Of a stretch of DNA of 63,886 nucleotides, positions 58,305 through 63,886 are shown one piece after another. The position numbers and the translations under genes were made by a program. The DNA comes from Sandaracinaceae bacterium (GTDB lineage: Bacteria; Myxococcota_A; Polyangia; Polyangiales; Sandaracinaceae), in NCBI GenBank assembly GCA_044220955.1, contig JBGAQA010000035.1, forward strand, positions 1 through 63,886, given 5' to 3'. Each line of letters opens with the position of its first letter. Within the stretch, counting starts at the first letter, position 1. Below the pieces are notes generated by a model that saw nothing but the letters and a program-made list of their open reading frames with translations, had not been told where the DNA came from and searched no databases.

Positions 58305-60361
58305 TGGCAACGGCCGACCTGCTGATCGAGATCGGCACCGAGGAGCTGCCCGCCTCGTGGGTGAAGCGGGCCCTCGAGGTGCTCCCCGAGCTCGTGACCG
58401 GGGCGCTCGACGCCGCGCGCCTGCCGCACGGCGACGCGCGCGCGTACGGGACGCCACGCCGGCTCGCCGTTCTCGTCTCCTCCGTCGCCGAGCGCACGCC
58501 CGACCTCGAGCAGGAGGTCCTCGGTCCGCCGAAGAGCGTGGCGTTCGACGCCAGCGGCGCGCCGACGAAGGCCGGCGAGGGCTTCGCCAAGAAGAACGGC
58601 GCCGCGCCGAGCGAGCTCTTCGTGAAGAAGACCGAGAAGGGCGAGTACGCCGCCGTGGTCCGCCGCGAGACCGGCCGCGACGCGGCAGGCGTCGTCTCGG
58701 AGATCGCGAGCGCCCTGCCGCCGCGCATCCCGTTCGCGAAGTCCATGCGCTGGGGCGCGGGGGATCTGGCCTTCGGGCGACCGATCCACTGGATCGTCGC
58801 GCTGCTCGGCGAGGAGGTCGTCGAGGGCGGCTGGGGCGGCATCGCCTTCGGACGCACCACGCGCGGTCACCGCTTCCTCTCGCCCGCGCGCGTGGAGTTC
58901 CAGACGGCGAGCGCGTACCTCGACGTCCTGCGCGCGGCGCACGTGCTCGCCGACGAGGACGAGCGACGCCGCGCGATGGTCGCTGCGCTCGAGGAGCGCG
59001 CCCGGATCCTCGGCGCCAGCGTCGAGCCCGACGCGTTCCTCGTGGACGAGAACGCGTCGCTGGTCGAGGAGCCCTTCGTCGTCCTCGGCTCCTACGACGA
59101 GCGCTTCCTCGCGCTGCCGGACGAGGTGATCGTCGCGGTGATGCGCGGGCACCAGCGCTACTTCGCCCTGCGCGCGCCCGACGGGAAGCTGCTGCCGAGG
59201 TACTTCGCGATCGCCAACACGGCGATCGACGAGGCCAACGTGGCCAAGGGCAACGACCGCGTGCTGGTCGCGCGCCTCAAGGACGCCGAGTTCTTCGTCG
59301 CCGAGGACCGGAAGAAGACCCTCGCCGAGCGTGTGCCGAAGCTCGACGGCATCGTCTTCCACCACAAGCTCGGCACCGTCGGCGAGAAGGTGCGCCGCGT
59401 CGGCGCGCTCGCGGCCGGGCTCGGCGGCGGCAGCGACGCGCCGGAGGCCGCGAAGCTCGCCAAGGCCGACCTCGTGTCGCTGATCGTCGGCGAGTTCCCC
59501 GAGCTGCAGGGCTCGATGGGCCGGTGGTACGCGGCGAAGGAGGGACTCGACACGAGGGTCGCCGACGCGATCCGCGATCACTACCTGCCGAAGGGCGCGG
59601 GAGACGCCCTGCCCGCCTCCCCGCTCGCGGCCGCGCTGGCGATCGCCGATCGCGCCGACACGCTCGTCGGCTGCTTCGGTGTCGGCATCGTGCCGAGCGG
59701 CTCGCAGGATCCCTTCGCGCTGCGACGCGCGACGCTGGGGATCCTGCGGATCGCGCTCGAGGGGCCGCTCCCGATCGAGCTGCGCACGACGCTGCGGACG
59801 GCGCACGAGATGTACGTCGACCAGAAGAAGGTGCTCGCCCCGTGGGAGGATCTCGCGCCGAAGCTCGACGACTTCGTCCGCGCGCGCCTGCGCGTGATGC
59901 TCGGCGAGAAGCACCCCGCCGACGTCGTCGAGGCGTGCCTGGCGCCTTGGGACCTCCGCTCCGTGCGCGATCTCGGAAAGCGCGTCTCCGCGCTCGACGC
60001 GTTCCGCGCCCACACCGCGTACGAGTCGCTCGCGGTCGCGTTCAAGCGCGCGTGGAACATCGCCAAGGACGCCCCCCCCGCCGACCCCGACCTCGCGCTA
60101 CTCGAGTCCGGCGCGGAGACCGACCTCTGGACCGCGTTCGTCCGCGTCCGCGAGGGGATGCGCGAGCACGCAGGCGCGGGCGACTACTCCGGCGCGCTCA
60201 ACCTCATCGCGGCCGATCTCCGGGTGCCGATCGACCGCTTCTTCGCCGACGTCTTCGTGATGGTCGACGACCCGCGCGTCCGCGAGAATCGCCTGCGGAT
60301 GCTGCGCACGATCGCCGAGGCCATCAACGCCATCGCTCACCTGCACCTGCTCGGCGGCTGA
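58304..60361 (+). CDS. glyS: Glycine--tRNA ligase beta subunit
   Basis: LLIEIGTEELP, TPRRL, KSMRW, HQRYF, EFPELQG, GSQDPFALRR, VMVDD..VRENRL. Confidence 0.97.
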   Translation: MATADLLIEIGTEELPASWVKRALEVLPELVTGALDAARLPHGDARAYGTPRRLAVLVSSVAERTPDLEQEVLGPPKSVAFDASGAPTKAGEGFAKKNGAAPSELFVKKTEKGEYAAVVRRETGRDAAGVVSEIASALPPRIPFAKSMRWGAGDLAFGRPIHWIVALLGEEVVEGGWGGIAFGRTTRGHRFLSPARVEFQTASAYLDVLRAAHVLADEDERRRAMVAALEERARILGASVEPDAFLVDENASLVEEPFVVLGSYDERFLALPDEVIVAVMRGHQRYFALRAPDGKLLPRYFAIANTAIDEANVAKGNDRVLVARLKDAEFFVAEDRKKTLAERVPKLDGIVFHHKLGTVGEKVRRVGALAAGLGGGSDAPEAAKLAKADLVSLIVGEFPELQGSMGRWYAAKEGLDTRVADAIRDHYLPKGAGDALPASPLAAALAIADRADTLVGCFGVGIVPSGSQDPFALRRATLGILRIALEGPLPIELRTTLRTAHEMYVDQKKVLAPWEDLAPKLDDFVRARLRVMLGEKHPADVVEACLAPWDLRSVRDLGKRVSALDAFRAHTAYESLAVAFKRAWNIAKDAPPADPDLALLESGAETDLWTAFVRVREGMREHAGAGDYSGALNLIAADLRVPIDRFFADVFVMVDDPRVRENRLRMLRTIAEAINAIAHLHLLGG

Positions 60362-61221
60362 TGCTCTCGGGCGCGCTCACGGTCACGAGCGTCGACCCGG
60401 TGAGCGGAGAGGAGCTCGCGTCGGGCGAGCTCGTGATCCCGGGCGTGCGATCCGCGCTGCCCGTTCGCGGCGCGCGCGGCGAGTCGCTGACGTCGAGGGC
60501 GCCCGAGCTCGCCGCGCGCATCGCCGAGCAAGTCCGCGCCCTCGACCGCGAGCACGGCGGGCCCATTCGCGCGCGCTTCGAGCTCGACGCGGGGCGGGAG
60601 ACCCTCACGGAGGTGGAGGCGGCCCCCCTCGCGCCCCTGGCCCGGGTGCGCGTCCTCGTCGAGCGCGTGCGGGGCGGCCGGCTGACCCGGGCGGAGGCCA
60701 TCGCCCGGCTCGATCCCGCCGACCTCGAGGCCACCGGGGTCCATGCCATCCGGACGCCCGCCCCGGCCCCGTTCGCCCGCGGCCTGCCCGCGAGCGCGGG
60801 CGCCGCGGCCGGGCGACTCTCGCTGCCCGAGGATCTGACGGGAGCGCCGGGCGACGATCCCCGGGTGCTCGTCATCGACGATGCGTCACCCGAGGACGCT
60901 CGCGCCCTGCGCCTGGCTGTCGCGATCGTCGCGACGAGCGGCGGCCTGACGGCCGACGCTGCCATCGCCGCCCGGGCGCTACGCAAGCCTTGCGTGGTCT
61001 CGGCCGGGATCCGCCTGGGCGACCGCGCCGAGTCGGCACGGGGCGCGTGGGTGACCGTGGACGGCGGCGGCGGGGGCATCCACCCGGGGCGGCTGGACAT
61101 GATCTGGCAGGCGTGCTCCCCGTTCGCCCGGGAGCTCGTCGAGTGGCTCAGCCCGTCTCCCGGCGAGGCGCCCGGCACGGCGCTGGCCCGGGCTCGGGGG
61201 ACCCAAGCCCTCGGCGGCTGA
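60361..61221 (+). CDS. Truncated, degenerate pyruvate phosphate dikinase derivative (phosphohistidine swivel domain with His->Asp)
   Basis: GLPASAGAAAG, SPED, GGLTADAAIAAR..KPCVV, VTVDG; TGATG coupling to glyS. Confidence 0.8.
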   Translation: MLSGALTVTSVDPVSGEELASGELVIPGVRSALPVRGARGESLTSRAPELAARIAEQVRALDREHGGPIRARFELDAGRETLTEVEAAPLAPLARVRVLVERVRGGRLTRAEAIARLDPADLEATGVHAIRTPAPAPFARGLPASAGAAAGRLSLPEDLTGAPGDDPRVLVIDDASPEDARALRLAVAIVATSGGLTADAAIAARALRKPCVVSAGIRLGDRAESARGAWVTVDGGGGGIHPGRLDMIWQACSPFARELVEWLSPSPGEAPGTALARARGTQALGG

Positions 61222-61246
61222 CCCCGTCCGAGGGGCGTGTCGAACC

Positions 61247-61275
61247 TTGACGCGCGACCGCCAGCAAACGACCAT
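61247..61275 (+). promoter_or_regulatory. Possible sigma70-type promoter of the kinase gene
   Basis: TTGACG-N17-GACCAT. Confidence 0.3.
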
Positions 61276-61360
61276 CGCGAGCGTTTCCGGGGAAACCGAT
61301 CGGCCTCGCGACGCGTAGAACCGAGGGCGAGGGGCCGCGCGCTCGTGGTTTCGCGTTTGC

Positions 61361-63040
<1,680 letters not shown>

Positions 63041-63650
63041 TCAGCCGGAGTGCTCGGCAGAGCCGCGAAGCGCGAGGCTGCGCTCCGTGAGGAGCGCGTC
63101 GAGGGTCGCGCGCAGGTACGTGACGGACGTGTCGAGCGTCGTGCGCCGCTCGTCCGCGGTGCCCAGCGCCGGCGCGACCTCCACGAGATCGGCGGCGACG
63201 AGGCCCACCTCCCGCCCCAGGCGCTCGATCAGCGCCACGAGGAACGACGGCTCGACGCCACCTGCCTCCGGCGTCCCGGTCGCGGGGGCGAAGCGGGGGT
63301 CCGTTCCGTCGACGTCGTTCGAGAGGTAGACGCCTCGCACGCCGCTCGCGCGCACGGCGTGGATGATGGCGTCGAGGGCTGCGGCCGGATCGCGGACGAT
63401 GCCCTCGCTCCAGAACTGCCGCACGCCGAGCGTCGACTCCCAATGCTCACGTGTCCGCCCCGAGACGCGCACACCGACCTGGACGAGCTTGCCGCCGCGA
63501 CCGACGAGATCGTTGGCGTGGAACGACCAGGTGGCGAAGCAGTACCGGATGCCGAGCCGCTCTTCGAGCAGATCGGTGTGGGCGTCGGGCTGGACGATCG
63601 CCAGGCGGGGCTCGCCGTGCCGGCGAGTGCGGGCGCGGGCGAGGGCGGCT
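63041..63650 (-). CDS. Arginase/agmatinase (ureohydrolase) family protein, 5'-truncated
   Basis: Frame open to the window end; DAHTD, QVGVR, SNDVDGTDP..APATGTPEAGG, DLVEVAP. Confidence 0.85.
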
Positions 63651-63886
63651 TCGGCGGCATCGAGGGCCTGCTTGTTGGCGCTGCGCCCGTCGTGGGTGAC
63701 GGCCTGGGTCAGGTCGGGCAGGATGGTGACGGTTTTTTGGCCGACGGTGATGCGCTCGGCAGGGGCCTTCTCGACCCAGCTGACCAGGGTGGCCTGGCCG
63801 GGCTGCCAGGCGGATGTATTGGCCGAATCGAGATTGATTTCGAAATCGTCGCCGGCCGGGGTGGCGGTCAGGTTGACTCCGCTGCC
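63640..63886 (-). other. Foreign coding fragment fused in-frame to the ureohydrolase; resembles a phage head-tail joining protein
   Basis: Translates GSGVNLTATPAGDDFEINLDSANTSAWQPGQATLVSWVEKAPAERITVGQKTVTILPDLTQAVTHDGRSANKQALDAAEAAL; codon usage differs from the host. Confidence 0.5.

Overview
Very GC-rich chromosomal segment that looks myxobacterial (Polyangia/Sandaracinaceae-like). The taxonomy is inferred from a MYXO-CTERM protein, many Cys-rich lipoproteins, Ser/Thr kinases and an FHA-GGDEF protein. About 64 densely packed genes are present. Housekeeping genes include rlmB, pyrF, rlmN, dapD, nadC, hisBHAF, ribH-nusB, nrdR-ribD-ribE-ribB, mnmA, bcp, scpAB and glyQS. Accessory content includes a complete oleABCD olefin operon, a tandem fatty-acid desaturase operon, an arr rifamycin ADP-ribosyltransferase and several surface lipoproteins. 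I saw no rRNA, tRNA, CRISPR array, transposase or integrase. Most noteworthy: (i) a truncated PPDK-derived gene after glyS whose phospho-His is replaced by Asp; (ii) a 66-bp hairpin-forming element present twice, each copy directly after a stop codon; (iii) a perfect 15-bp inverted repeat bracketing the divergent lipoprotein/bcp promoter region; (iv) a hairpin that buries the RBS and start codon of a SPOR gene; (v) a pseudokinase-like receptor coupled to hisF; (vi) a probable inversion splitting the riboflavin operon; (vii) a leaderless-mRNA signature; (viii) foreign sequence fused in-frame at both window ends, with a phage-like fragment on the right, probably assembly chimeras. All product calls come from motif recognition, not database searches. 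Many starts were moved from the ORF track to the more plausible internal codon. I could not identify one clearly new multi-gene system with confidence.
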